The notes below the pieces were generated by a model. That model was not told where the DNA came from. It did not search any database and saw only the letters and a list, made by a program, of their open reading frames with translations. Below are positions 49,079-58,557 of a stretch of DNA of 64,000 nucleotides, piece by piece. Origin of the DNA: Candidatus Binatia bacterium (GTDB lineage Bacteria > Desulfobacterota > Binatia > Bin18); contig OY761159.2 in assembly GCA_963664395.2 (NCBI GenBank), positions 2,080,001 through 2,144,000 on the forward strand. Direction: 5' to 3'. Numbering within the stretch: the stretch's first letter is position 1; the number at the start of each line of letters is the position of its first letter. The position numbers were made by a program, and so were the translations under genes.

Positions 49079-50440
49079 ATGCCTGGACATCTTCTCCTGG
49101 TCGAAGACGAAGCGAATATGGCCAAGATGCAGACCAAGATTCTGCAACGTAAAGGCTATACGGTAGAAGCCGTCTGTCATGGCCAAGCAGCACTCCAGGT
49201 GCTTGGCCAGACAAATTTTGACGTCGTCATCACTGACCTCAAGATGCCGGTCATGGATGGGATGCAACTCCTGGGCGAGATGCGGGCGCGCTCCTATGAG
49301 TGTCCGGTGATTGTCCTGACCGGCTACGGCACAATTGAAAGCGCGGTTGAAGCCATGCAGTCCGGAGCGGCGGATTATCTCACCAAACCCTGCAACCCGG
49401 ATGAGCTGCTCCTCAAAGTCGAGAAGCTGGTTGAAACACGTCGTCTCCGCCAAGAGGTGGCGCAACTCCGGCACGAGGTACGGAGCTATAAGCGCTTTGG
49501 TGAACTCATCGGACACAGTGCGGCCATGCGTCGCCTGTACGCCACTATTGGCTCAGTCAGCAGCAATAAAAGTACGGTGCTCATCACCGGAGAAAGCGGG
49601 ACCGGCAAGGAACTTGTGGCACGCACAATTCACCTTAAAGGACCGTGGGCCGGTCAGCCATTTCTCGCCCTCAACTGTGGCGCCATGTCTGAGACCCTGC
49701 TTGACAGCCAACTCTTTGGCCATAAGCGGGGCGCTTTTACCGGAGCCATTGCGGATCACGACGGCGTGTTCCAAGCGGCCAGCGGCGGCACCCTGTTCTT
49801 GGATGAAGTGGCGGAAATTCCGCTGGCGCTCCAGGGCAAATTTCTGCGCGCCATTCAAGAGCGGGAAGTCACGCCGTTAGGGGCCAGCCGCCCGATCAGG
49901 GTCGATGTCCGCATCATCGCGGCGAGCAATACCAACCTCGAACAGGCCCTCGCGGCTGGAACATTTCGGAAAGATTTATTCTATCGCCTGAATGTTGTCC
50001 CCATAGATATCCCGCCGCTCAAGGAACGGCGGGATGACATCCCCCTGCTGGTCGATCACCTCGTTGCGGTGTTCAGCACCGCATACAAGGTCCAACCAAA
50101 ACGCTTGACGGCCGAGGCCATGGACAAGCTTGTTGCGTATCCGTGGCCGGGGAATGTGCGTGAGTTACAAAATGTGATTGAGCGCCTGTTCGCATTACAT
50201 CACGGGCAAGAGATTACCCATGCCGACCTGCCGACTCCTATTAGCGGGTTTGCGCACTCCGAACCACATTTTGAGGCGTGGGCGGACATGCCTTCCTTAG
50301 CCGCTATGGAACGGGCTCTCATCCTGGCAGCCCTGCGTCGGGGACACGGCAACAAAAACGAAGCCGCGCGCCTGCTCAAGATTGACCGCCAACGCCTGTA
50401 TCGGAAGATGGAGAAGTATCAGCTCGAGAGCGGAGACTAA
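49079..50440 (+). CDS. Sigma-54-dependent response regulator (NtrC family)
   Basis: REC (VEDE, DLKMP), GESGTGKE, GAFTGA, WPGNVREL, Fis HTH. Confidence 0.95.
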   Translation: MPGHLLLVEDEANMAKMQTKILQRKGYTVEAVCHGQAALQVLGQTNFDVVITDLKMPVMDGMQLLGEMRARSYECPVIVLTGYGTIESAVEAMQSGAADYLTKPCNPDELLLKVEKLVETRRLRQEVAQLRHEVRSYKRFGELIGHSAAMRRLYATIGSVSSNKSTVLITGESGTGKELVARTIHLKGPWAGQPFLALNCGAMSETLLDSQLFGHKRGAFTGAIADHDGVFQAASGGTLFLDEVAEIPLALQGKFLRAIQEREVTPLGASRPIRVDVRIIAASNTNLEQALAAGTFRKDLFYRLNVVPIDIPPLKERRDDIPLLVDHLVAVFSTAYKVQPKRLTAEAMDKLVAYPWPGNVRELQNVIERLFALHHGQEITHADLPTPISGFAHSEPHFEAWADMPSLAAMERALILAALRRGHGNKNEAARLLKIDRQRLYRKMEKYQLESGD

Positions 50441-50507
50441 TCCGGCTGCCTGCTCCTGGGTTTTGAGGACATTTCGCGCCGCAGAAGCGAGATTGCGGAA
50501 TAATCCT

Positions 50508-50541
50508 CATGGTGAACGACCTGAACATGGACAAGAAGGAG
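50508..50541 (+). repeat. Orphan copy of the hicA 3' end at the left edge of the defence island
   Basis: 31/34 identical to 58518-58551. Confidence 0.75.
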
Positions 50542-50614
50542 CAGGAGTATCTGGCCGTTGGCTCTTCTCAAACTATTGCCTTGCCGTACTCTATAATATG
50601 GGTAATATGGGAGC

Positions 50615-50863
50615 GTGAAAACGACGATTGATATCCATGACGAACTCCTGGCGCGGGCGAAACGTCACGCCAAGAAGACAGGTCGCCCCTTGCGTGCCGT
50701 GGTTGAGGACGGACTCCGTCAGGTCCTCGCCGCGCCCGCCTCCCGGAACCGCTACCGGCTGCCCGATTTGAGCACTGGCCATGCCGGCGCGGAGGACCCC
50801 CTCGAAGCCTACTCGTGGCAGGACCTGCGCGGGTTGGTCTACGGAGAGACTGAAACACAGTGA
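50615..50863 (+). CDS. vapB: VapB-type antitoxin (RHH/DUF2191-like)
   Basis: MKTTIDIHDELL.RAK, overlaps the downstream PIN gene. Confidence 0.85.
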   Translation: MKTTIDIHDELLARAKRHAKKTGRPLRAVVEDGLRQVLAAPASRNRYRLPDLSTGHAGAEDPLEAYSWQDLRGLVYGETETQ

Positions 50864-51294
50864 TTGCGGTCGATACGAACCTGCTCGTGTACGCGCACCG
50901 CAAGGAATCCCGCGTGCACGAAACAGCCTTTACGATCGTGCGGGCGCTTGCCGAAGGGAGCCAAGTGTGGGCGATTCCCTGGCCCTGCTGCTACGAATTC
51001 CTGAGTGTTGTAACAAACCCCCGAATTTGGAAAGACACGGCAACATCGCCGGAGCGCGCATGGCGGCAACTCGAAGCCTGGGCCACATCGCCAAGCAACC
51101 GCCTGCTCGGCGAGACCGACGACTTTCTCAAGGTTTTGAGCAGCCTCGTGCAGCGGCCGCGGGTGCGTGGTGCGGTTGTACACGATGCCCGGATCGCCGC
51201 GCTCTGTCTGGCGCACGGTACTGAAGCGCTACTCACCCGTGATCGCGATTTCTCGTTATTTCCAGAGCTGCGAACACGTGATCCATTCAGTTAG
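50860..51294 (+). CDS. vapC: VapC PIN-domain toxin
   Basis: IAVDTNLLVYA, EF, HDARIAA, TRDRDF. Confidence 0.92.
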   Translation: MIAVDTNLLVYAHRKESRVHETAFTIVRALAEGSQVWAIPWPCCYEFLSVVTNPRIWKDTATSPERAWRQLEAWATSPSNRLLGETDDFLKVLSSLVQRPRVRGAVVHDARIAALCLAHGTEALLTRDRDFSLFPELRTRDPFS

Positions 51295-51450
51295 GAAAAG
51301 GTTGAAGAATTATAGGGACGAAAGGATCGAGAGGGCCATGTCGGTTCAACACGAACCGAGCAGCGGCAGCGGCAGCGGGTAGAGGAGCCTTGTGGAGACT
51401 GGTACATACAGGGGGAAAACCGGCCCGCAGCATAGAGCGGAATCCCCATT

Positions 51451-54400
51451 ATGGACAACCGATTCTTCGAGCAGCCGATCTTGAACTCACCCTACGAGTA
51501 TCCCACGCAACACTGGGAGCTTGATGACCAGGGACAGCCAACACAGCAGATCATCGAAAGCCGCCGTCGGGCCGAGTTTATTACTCCCATTCCAAAGCCG
51601 AGAAAACGGAAAGGCTCATCGCACCAGCAGCAACTCGTCTTGGATGAGGGCAAAGGACTCTCAACCGCTGAGCAGCAGTACGACTCCACGTCAATTATCA
51701 CCGCGCTGCGCCGTCAGGTGGACCAGTGGCGCAGCCGACCAAATCGAGCCGACTGGCAGGTGACGCCCGAAACCGCTCGTCTGCTTCAACACTGGCGACA
51801 GCATACGTTCAACACTATCCGGCCCTTCTTCTGTCAGGTGGAAGCAGTTGAAACCGCTATCTGGCTGACCGAGGTCGCCCCGAGCGCGGGCAAGACCGGC
51901 AAAGACTTTCTGGACCATCTCACGAATGCCAATAACGACGCCAATCCGGGCTTGCTGCGCCTGGCGCTCAAACTCGCTACTGGCGCGGGTAAGACTACGG
52001 TTATGGCCATGCTGATTGCCTGGCAGACCATCAACGCAGTCCGCCGCCCAACGAGCAGAAGATTTACCCGAGGCTTTCTGATCGTCACGCCTGGCTTGAC
52101 GATCCGCGACCGGCTGCGCGTCCTGCAACCGAACGACCCGGACAGCTACTACGAAAGCCGAGAGCTGGTGCCGAACGACATGCTCGGCGACCTCGACCGG
52201 GCCAAGATCGTCATTACCAACTACCACGCCTTTAAGCTGCGTGAACGGATGGCGCTTTCAAAGGGTGGCCGCTCGCTACTCCAAGGCCGAGGCGCGGAGT
52301 TGGACACCTTGGAGACTGAAGGACAGATGATCCAGCGCGTCATGCCCGACCTCATGGGTATGAAAAATATCGTGGTGATGAACGACGAGGCACACCATTG
52401 CTACCGTGAGAAACCGGAAAAAGACGACGAAGGAACTCTGAAAGGCGACGAGCGAAAAGAAGCCGAGAAGAACAACGAGGCTGCGCGGCTCTGGATTTCC
52501 GGCCTGGAAGCCATAAACCGCAAGTTGGGTGTTGCACGGATCATGGATTTATCGGCCACCCCGTTCTTTCTACGCGGGTCGGGCTATGCCGAGGGGACAC
52601 TCTTCCCCTGGACGATGAGCGACTTTTCACTCATGGACGCCATCGAATGCGGCATCGTCAAACTGCCCCGCGTGCCTGTGGCCGACAATATCCCTGGCGG
52701 CGACATGCCCAAGTTCCGCAACCTGTGGGAACATATTCGCTCCCGGATGCCGAAAAAGGGCCGAGGCAAGGCCAAGACCCTCGACCCGCTCAGCCTGCCG
52801 GTTGAACTCCAGACCGCCCTGGAAGCCCTGTATGGTCATTACGAGAAGACCTTCAAGCTATGGCAGCAGGAAGGCATTCAGGTTCCGCCCTGTTTTATCG
52901 TGGTGTGCAACAACACCTCTACATCCAAGCTGGTCTACGACTACATCTCGGGCTTTCGGCGGGACAATGGGAACGATTCGACGGCGTTTGAGAATGGCCG
53001 CCTGCCGCTATTCCGGAACTATAATGCGGACGGGACTCAACTGGCGCGTCCACGTACTTTACTCATCGACAGCCAACAGCTCGAATCCGGTGATGCCCTG
53101 GACGCCAATTTTCGGGCTATGGCCGCGGGCGAGATTGACCGCTTCCGGCGGGAGATTATCGAACGCACCGGCGACCGCGGTCAGGCCGAGAATCTTTCCG
53201 ACCAAGACTTGCTTCGGGAAGTGATGAATACGGTCGGTAAACTAGGTCGGTTGGGCGAGTCGATTCGCTGCGTTGTCTCGGTATCCATGCTGACCGAAGG
53301 CTGGGACGCCAACACGGTCACGCATGTCCTGGGCGTGCGCGCCTTTGGCACTCAACTGCTGTGCGAGCAAGTCATTGGGCGCGCCTTGCGTCGGCAATCC
53401 TACGCTTTGAATGAAGATGATCTGTTCAATGTGGAATACGCCGATGTCCTGGGGATTCCGTTCGACTTCACCGCCAAGCCGGTCGTCGCCCCACCCCAGC
53501 CGCCCCGCGAGACTGTTCAGGTTCGAGCGGTGCGGCCCGACCGCGACCATCTTGCAATCCAGTTTCCACGTGTCGAAGGCTATCGCGTCGAACTGCCGGA
53601 GGAGCGGCTCAGCGCCGAGTTCAACGACGATTCCATTCTGGAGTTGACCCCGGACCTCGTTGGCCCCTCGATCACACGGAACGCGGGAATTATTGGAGAA
53701 GATGTTGACCTCAACCTCGTTCACACCGACGACCTACGGCGCTCCACCGTGTTGTTCCACGTTGCCAAGCGTTTGCTCTACACCAAATGGCGCGACCCTG
53801 GCGAAGAGCCGAAGCTCCACCTATTCGGCCAGTTGAAACACATCACCACACAATGGCTCGATACCTGCTTGATCTGCAAAGGCAGCACCTATCCTGCCCA
53901 GCTCATGTACCAGGAACTGGCCGACATGGCCTGCGAACGCATTACTGCCGGCATTACCCGCTCCTTCGTAGGCAGCCGACCCGTGAAAGCCGTATTGGAC
54001 CCGTACAACCCCACCGGCTCTACCATGCATGTGAACTTCAATACCTCAAAAGCGCATCGCTGGGAGACGGATGCACGGCGGTGTCACATCAACTGGGTTA
54101 TCCTCGACAGCGACTGGGAGGCCGAGTTTTGCCGCGTGGCCGAGTCGCATCCGGCCGTGCAGGCATACGTGAAGAATCACAACCTCGGTCTGGAGATACC
54201 CTACCGCTACGGCTCAACCCTGCGGACCTATATTCCTGACTTCATCGTCCTGCTGAATGACGGTCATGCCGATCCGTTGCACCTGATTGTTGAGATCAAG
54301 GGCTATCGGGGTGAAGACGCCAAGGAAAAGAAGTCTACCATGGAGACCTACTGGGTGCCTGGGGTGAATCGTCATGGGCAATATGGGCGTTGGGCCTTCG

Positions 54401-54543
54401 CCGAATTCACGGAGGTGTATCAGATCGAGGCCGACTTTCAGGCCACGCTCGAAGCGAGCTTCGACAGGCTTATCAATCGACCCCCTAGCCACTCCCCACT
54501 GAACAGAGGAGAAGATCATGAAATTGGAGGTAGTCGTCCATGA
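51451..54543 (+). CDS. res: Type III-like restriction endonuclease subunit (SF2 helicase plus PD-(D/E)XK nuclease; BPTD_3080-like)
   Basis: LATGAGKT, NDEAHH, SAT, LTEGWD, IGRALRR, PDF...IVEIKG. Confidence 0.92.
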   Translation: MDNRFFEQPILNSPYEYPTQHWELDDQGQPTQQIIESRRRAEFITPIPKPRKRKGSSHQQQLVLDEGKGLSTAEQQYDSTSIITALRRQVDQWRSRPNRADWQVTPETARLLQHWRQHTFNTIRPFFCQVEAVETAIWLTEVAPSAGKTGKDFLDHLTNANNDANPGLLRLALKLATGAGKTTVMAMLIAWQTINAVRRPTSRRFTRGFLIVTPGLTIRDRLRVLQPNDPDSYYESRELVPNDMLGDLDRAKIVITNYHAFKLRERMALSKGGRSLLQGRGAELDTLETEGQMIQRVMPDLMGMKNIVVMNDEAHHCYREKPEKDDEGTLKGDERKEAEKNNEAARLWISGLEAINRKLGVARIMDLSATPFFLRGSGYAEGTLFPWTMSDFSLMDAIECGIVKLPRVPVADNIPGGDMPKFRNLWEHIRSRMPKKGRGKAKTLDPLSLPVELQTALEALYGHYEKTFKLWQQEGIQVPPCFIVVCNNTSTSKLVYDYISGFRRDNGNDSTAFENGRLPLFRNYNADGTQLARPRTLLIDSQQLESGDALDANFRAMAAGEIDRFRREIIERTGDRGQAENLSDQDLLREVMNTVGKLGRLGESIRCVVSVSMLTEGWDANTVTHVLGVRAFGTQLLCEQVIGRALRRQSYALNEDDLFNVEYADVLGIPFDFTAKPVVAPPQPPRETVQVRAVRPDRDHLAIQFPRVEGYRVELPEERLSAEFNDDSILELTPDLVGPSITRNAGIIGEDVDLNLVHTDDLRRSTVLFHVAKRLLYTKWRDPGEEPKLHLFGQLKHITTQWLDTCLICKGSTYPAQLMYQELADMACERITAGITRSFVGSRPVKAVLDPYNPTGSTMHVNFNTSKAHRWETDARRCHINWVILDSDWEAEFCRVAESHPAVQAYVKNHNLGLEIPYRYGSTLRTYIPDFIVLLNDGHADPLHLIVEIKGYRGEDAKEKKSTMETYWVPGVNRHGQYGRWAFAEFTEVYQIEADFQATLEASFDRLINRPPSHSPLNRGEDHEIGGSRP

Positions 54544-54700
54544 AGCGGAGGAAGGTGGTTATTGGGCAGAGGTGCCCGCTATCCCCGGCTGCACGACTCA
54601 GGGAGAATCTTTTGAAGCACTGCTGAGCAATCTCTACGAAGCGGTTGAAGGGTGTCTGTCCGTGGATGTCCAGGAGATTCCCGCGTCGGACAAAGGTTAA
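54518..54700 (+). CDS. hicB: Short orphan HicB-family antitoxin, probably truncated
   Basis: EEGGYWAEVPAIPGCTTQGE..E...NL.EAVE; 60 aa, no adjacent hicA. Confidence 0.8.
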   Translation: MKLEVVVHEAEEGGYWAEVPAIPGCTTQGESFEALLSNLYEAVEGCLSVDVQEIPASDKG

Positions 54701-54705
54701 ATTCA

Positions 54706-57477
54706 ATGGCTCAATCCCGTGGCAAGAAGACGGCCAAGACCGTCGCAACACTCACGCACCCCGCCGCATCGCGCAAGAATATCCCCACGGCCGAGTTTCA
54801 GTCGGTGATGCGTAAGGACGAACAAAGTCCGATTCAGGTTGCCTATGAGCGTCGCAACCGCGATTTGGACCCGCAGTTGGTGTGGCGGGGGAAGGACGAA
54901 CAGGACTGGTCGGACTTGGTCGTCCAGGCACCACCGCTCTACATCCAGGAGAAAGTTCATCCCAAGGTCCTCATCGACGACCTGCTCCGTCAAACCAAAA
55001 CCGACGACAAAGCCGCCGACGCCCAATTCGACCTGTTCGCCGACTTCAACGGTCTGCCCGACGAGGCCCGCTCCACCGATTTCTACCAGCACGACGCCAA
55101 CTGGACCAACCGCATGATTCTGGGTGACTCACTCCAAGTGATGGCGTCGCTGGCGGAGCGGGAGGGGCTGCGCGGCAAGGTGCAGTGCATCTACATCGAT
55201 CCGCCCTACGGCATCAAGTTCAACTCCAACTTCCAGTGGTCCACGACCAGCCGCGATGTCAAGGACGGCAACACCGGTCACATCACCCGCGAGCCCGAAC
55301 AGGTGAAGGCGTTTCGGGATACGTGGCGGGATGGGATTCATTCGTATCTGACATATCTGCGGGACCGGCTGACCGTTGCACGGGATTTGCTGACGGAGAG
55401 CGGTTCTGTGTTTGTTCAGATTGGGGATGAGAATGTGCATCGGGTTCGGGCGCTGATGGATGAGGTGTTTGGAGAGGACAACTTTGTCTCCTGCATCTCA
55501 TTTAAGAAGACTTCTGGCTCAGGCGCAGCGTACTTGGAGAATATCTATGACATGCTTCTTTGGTATGCCAAGAAGCGCCCACTTATGAAGTATCGTAGGG
55601 CATTCTTGCCGAAGGCGGCTCAGTTGTTAGACACGCAATACACTGAACAGGACTCCATTCGGAAAGCGTACGTCCTTGGCGATCATCGATATATGCCGGA
55701 CACTATTAGCTCACAGGGAGCCAGCGAGTCAGGGACTTACCCGATAGAACTTGAAGGTAAGATTTTTGAATTACCGCCAAATACACATTGGAAGACTTCG
55801 CGAGAAGGGATGCCACGCCTGAAACTCGCTGGCCGGCTAATAGGGGTGGGTAGGCGCATCCGGTACAAGCGGTATGCCGACGATTTCTCTGTCACGACGT
55901 TCAGCAATAGCTGGGATGACACGATTGTGTCTGGATATACAGATCCAAAAATCTACGTTGTCCAGACATCACTAAAAGTTACTCAACGCTGCATCCTCAT
56001 GGCCACCGATCCCGGCGACCTAGTTCTCGACCCCACCTGCGGCGCAGGCACCACTGCCTACGTTGCCGAACAATGGGGCCGCCGCTGGATCACCATTGAC
56101 ACGTCTCGTGTGGCCTTGGCGCTGGCCCGTGCCCGCATTATGGGTGCGCGTTACCCTTACCACTTGCTGGCCGATAGTCGTGAGGGGCAACGTAAAGAAG
56201 CTGAAGTCACTCGGACTGCTCCCTCTGAAACGCCGGTGCATGGCAATATCCGTCAGGGGTTCGTCTACGAGCGTGTCCCGCATATTACGCTCAAATCCAT
56301 CGCCAATAATGCCGAGATCGATGTGATCTGGGAGAAGTTTCAGGCAATGCTCGAACCGCTGCGCGAGCAACTGAATTGTACGCTAGGACAAGAGAAGACG
56401 CCGTGGGAGGAGTGGGAAATTCCTCGTGAGGCTGACGCTGGCTGGTCGGAGGAGGCGAAGAGGCTCCATGCCGAGTGGTGGGAGCAGCGGATTGCGCGGC
56501 AGAAGGAAATTGATGCGTCTATCGCGGCCAAGGCCGACTATGAATACCTGTACGACAAACCCTACGAGGATAAGAAAAAGGTGCGGGTTGCCGGGCCGTT
56601 CACGGTCGAAAGTCTGTCTCCGCACCGGGTGTTGAGCGTGGACGAAGACGACGAATTGATCGACGGCGTTGCCGAGCCGGAAGCCGGGTACGGCGAAGAG
56701 CATGACTTCGCCCGGATGATTCTGGAAAACCTCAAGACCGCCGGCGTGCAGCAGGCGCATAAGGAAGACAAAATCGCCTTCACCGCAATCACCCCCTGGC
56801 CGGGCGATTTGATCTGCGCCGAGGGCCGCTACCTCGAAGGCGACCAGGAAGCCGGCACGGAAAAGCGCGCGGCAATTTTTATCGGCCCGGAGTTTGGTAC
56901 GGTCTCTCGTCCGGACTTGGTCCAAGCGGCCCGTGAGGCAGGTGACGCGGATTTCGACGCGCTGATTACCTGCGCCTTCAACTACGACGCGCGCTCATCC
57001 GAGTTTGACAAGCTCGGCCGCATTCCCGTGCTCAAGGCCCGCATGAACGCCGACCTGCACATGGCCGACGATCTGAAGAACACCGGCCAGGGCAATTTAT
57101 TCGTTATCTTCGGCGAGCCGGACATCGACATCCTGGACGCTGAGAACGGACAGGTTCGGGTCAAGATTAACGGCGTGGACGTGTTCCATCCGAACACCGG
57201 TGAAATCCGTAGCGACAACGCCGACGGCATCGCCTGCTGGTTTATCGACACCGACTACAACGAAGAGAGCTTCTTCGTTCGCCACGCCTATTTCCTCGGA
57301 GCCAACGACCCCTACAAAGCCCTCAAGACCACCCTCAAGGCCGAGATCAACGCAGACGCCTGGGCGACCCTCAACAGCGACACCTCCCGCCCGTTCGACA
57401 AACCCACGTCCGGGCGGATCGCCGTCAAGGTCATCAATCATCTGGGCGACGAGGTAATGAAGGTGTTTCGGGTATGA
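54706..57477 (+). CDS. mod: Site-specific adenine DNA methyltransferase (type III Mod-like, beta class)
   Basis: DPPY motif IV precedes DPTCGAGTT motif I, with a variable TRD in between. Confidence 0.93.
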   Translation: MAQSRGKKTAKTVATLTHPAASRKNIPTAEFQSVMRKDEQSPIQVAYERRNRDLDPQLVWRGKDEQDWSDLVVQAPPLYIQEKVHPKVLIDDLLRQTKTDDKAADAQFDLFADFNGLPDEARSTDFYQHDANWTNRMILGDSLQVMASLAEREGLRGKVQCIYIDPPYGIKFNSNFQWSTTSRDVKDGNTGHITREPEQVKAFRDTWRDGIHSYLTYLRDRLTVARDLLTESGSVFVQIGDENVHRVRALMDEVFGEDNFVSCISFKKTSGSGAAYLENIYDMLLWYAKKRPLMKYRRAFLPKAAQLLDTQYTEQDSIRKAYVLGDHRYMPDTISSQGASESGTYPIELEGKIFELPPNTHWKTSREGMPRLKLAGRLIGVGRRIRYKRYADDFSVTTFSNSWDDTIVSGYTDPKIYVVQTSLKVTQRCILMATDPGDLVLDPTCGAGTTAYVAEQWGRRWITIDTSRVALALARARIMGARYPYHLLADSREGQRKEAEVTRTAPSETPVHGNIRQGFVYERVPHITLKSIANNAEIDVIWEKFQAMLEPLREQLNCTLGQEKTPWEEWEIPREADAGWSEEAKRLHAEWWEQRIARQKEIDASIAAKADYEYLYDKPYEDKKKVRVAGPFTVESLSPHRVLSVDEDDELIDGVAEPEAGYGEEHDFARMILENLKTAGVQQAHKEDKIAFTAITPWPGDLICAEGRYLEGDQEAGTEKRAAIFIGPEFGTVSRPDLVQAAREAGDADFDALITCAFNYDARSSEFDKLGRIPVLKARMNADLHMADDLKNTGQGNLFVIFGEPDIDILDAENGQVRVKINGVDVFHPNTGEIRSDNADGIACWFIDTDYNEESFFVRHAYFLGANDPYKALKTTLKAEINADAWATLNSDTSRPFDKPTSGRIAVKVINHLGDEVMKVFRV

Positions 57478-57872
57478 CAATACCATCGCCGAAACAAGTC
57501 TTTGACGACCCGACAGAGCATTGGGCCTTTCTCACCCAAAGCTCTGATGACGATTTCGAGGGTCAGTATTTCGACCGTAAAGAGGCTGGCCGGGCGGGCG
57601 TTGACGCAAAAAGGCTGGAGAAGCAACTAGGAGGCATACGGGGTCAGATCAAAGAGACGATTTCTGCATTTGCCAACACAAACCGCAAGGGCGGGCTGCT
57701 CGTTCTCGGGATCGCCTCCAATGGAACCGTGAACGGCATTGACCACCTATCAGAACAGCAAAGGAACAGCCTGACAGATTTTGCGACACTCCTTCATCAT
57801 CAGGCAGCGGAACCCAAACTACATGAATGTGTGGATACTCAGGACAACTCTAAGACTATCTGTCTAATATTC
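57474..57872 (+). pseudogene. Schlafen/AlbA_2-domain gene, 5' fragment
   Basis: EGQYFDRKE...ETISAFANT..GGLLVLGI. Family resemblance ends at ICLIF (about 57872), after which the ORF runs out of frame over another gene. Confidence 0.8.
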
Positions 57873-58252
57873 GATTCTACGATAACCGGCCAGAAACAGA
57901 TGGTAGTCTGCGCCGCGGAAGCTACGTCGAAGCAGCGAAGAACAAAATCTACCTCTCGACGACCGGCTACAACCCGTTTCGTCGGGCGCTGGGAACACCG
58001 AAACCGCTGGAAGTCTCAGCGTGGGTCCATCGGCCAGAAGAATTACCGAGAGCGGAACTCGACCTTCGTGTTCTCGCAGTGCAAGTTCTAAACCTGACCA
58101 AGTTGAACTGGGCGTCTACAGATTCGTTCTGTGGAGAGCCTATTACTCTGAAGTACGCCGGAAACATTGCTTACTTAACCGCCGCATTTCTAAGACAATC
58201 CGAACCATTCAACCTCCACCCTGTTCTGGAAAAAACACCGTGGTTCATTTGA
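57866..58252 (+). pseudogene. C-terminal PIWI-domain fragment of a prokaryotic Argonaute
   Basis: Manual translation, with no start codon at its 5' end: NIRFYDNRPETDGSLRRGSYVEAAKNKIYLSTTGYNPFRRALGTPKPLEV...QVLNLTKLNWASTDSFCGEPITLKYAGNIA...EKTPWFI*. Shows PIWI motifs RG.Y, G.P.P, LTK.NW, P.T..YA and a C-terminal aromatic/hydrophobic tail. Confidence 0.85.
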
Positions 58253-58314
58253 TTCCGTAAGGACGGCCCCACTTGTGATGTAAGCTGCGCAGGTTGATCT
58301 ATGCCAAGTCGGGC

Positions 58315-58339
58315 TTGACAATCGTGCAAAAATGCACGA
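58315..58339 (+). promoter_or_regulatory. hicAB promoter -35 and palindromic operator
   Basis: TTGACA (58315-58320) followed by perfect IR TCGTGCA-AAAA-TGCACGA. Confidence 0.65.
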
Positions 58340-58350
58340 CGTAGCGTCTG

Positions 58351-58557
58351 ATGAAGAGCGGCGAATTCGTCAGACGGGCCTAGCGCTATGCAAAAAGAGT
58401 CGGGCTTGTATCCCACTTTAATCCGAGCCGAGGCAAGGGCAGTCACGGACGGCTTCACGTCGGAGATCGCTTGACTACCGTGCCGCGCAAGGAAATTGGG
58501 CCGGGCCTGTTGGCCGCCATGTTGAACGACCTTAACATCGACAAGAAGGAGTTCTGA
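58351..58557 (+). pseudogene. hicA: HicA toxin with in-frame TAG at codon 11
   Basis: MKSGEFVRRA*RYAK...RGKGSHGRL...TTVP.KEIGPGLLAAMLNDLNI. TGATG overlap with hicB. Confidence 0.85.

Noticed and set aside
51355-51382. CAGCGG x3 microsatellite upstream of res as a phase-variation switch
   Set aside because: Only three units and outside the res/mod coding sequences.
57854-57880. Programmed -1 frameshift producing a functional Schlafen-Argonaute fusion
   Set aside because: No slippery heptamer, and the product would lack MID and most of PIWI. A deletion junction is more parsimonious.
57873-58260. ORF-track C-terminus of 57474..58091 and ORF 58021..58260
   Set aside because: Both are off-frame readings over the PIWI-coding frame.
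58381-58383. Amber recoding (pyrrolysine or alternative code) in hicA
   Set aside because: TAG is used as a normal stop by many genes in the window and no pyl genes are seen.
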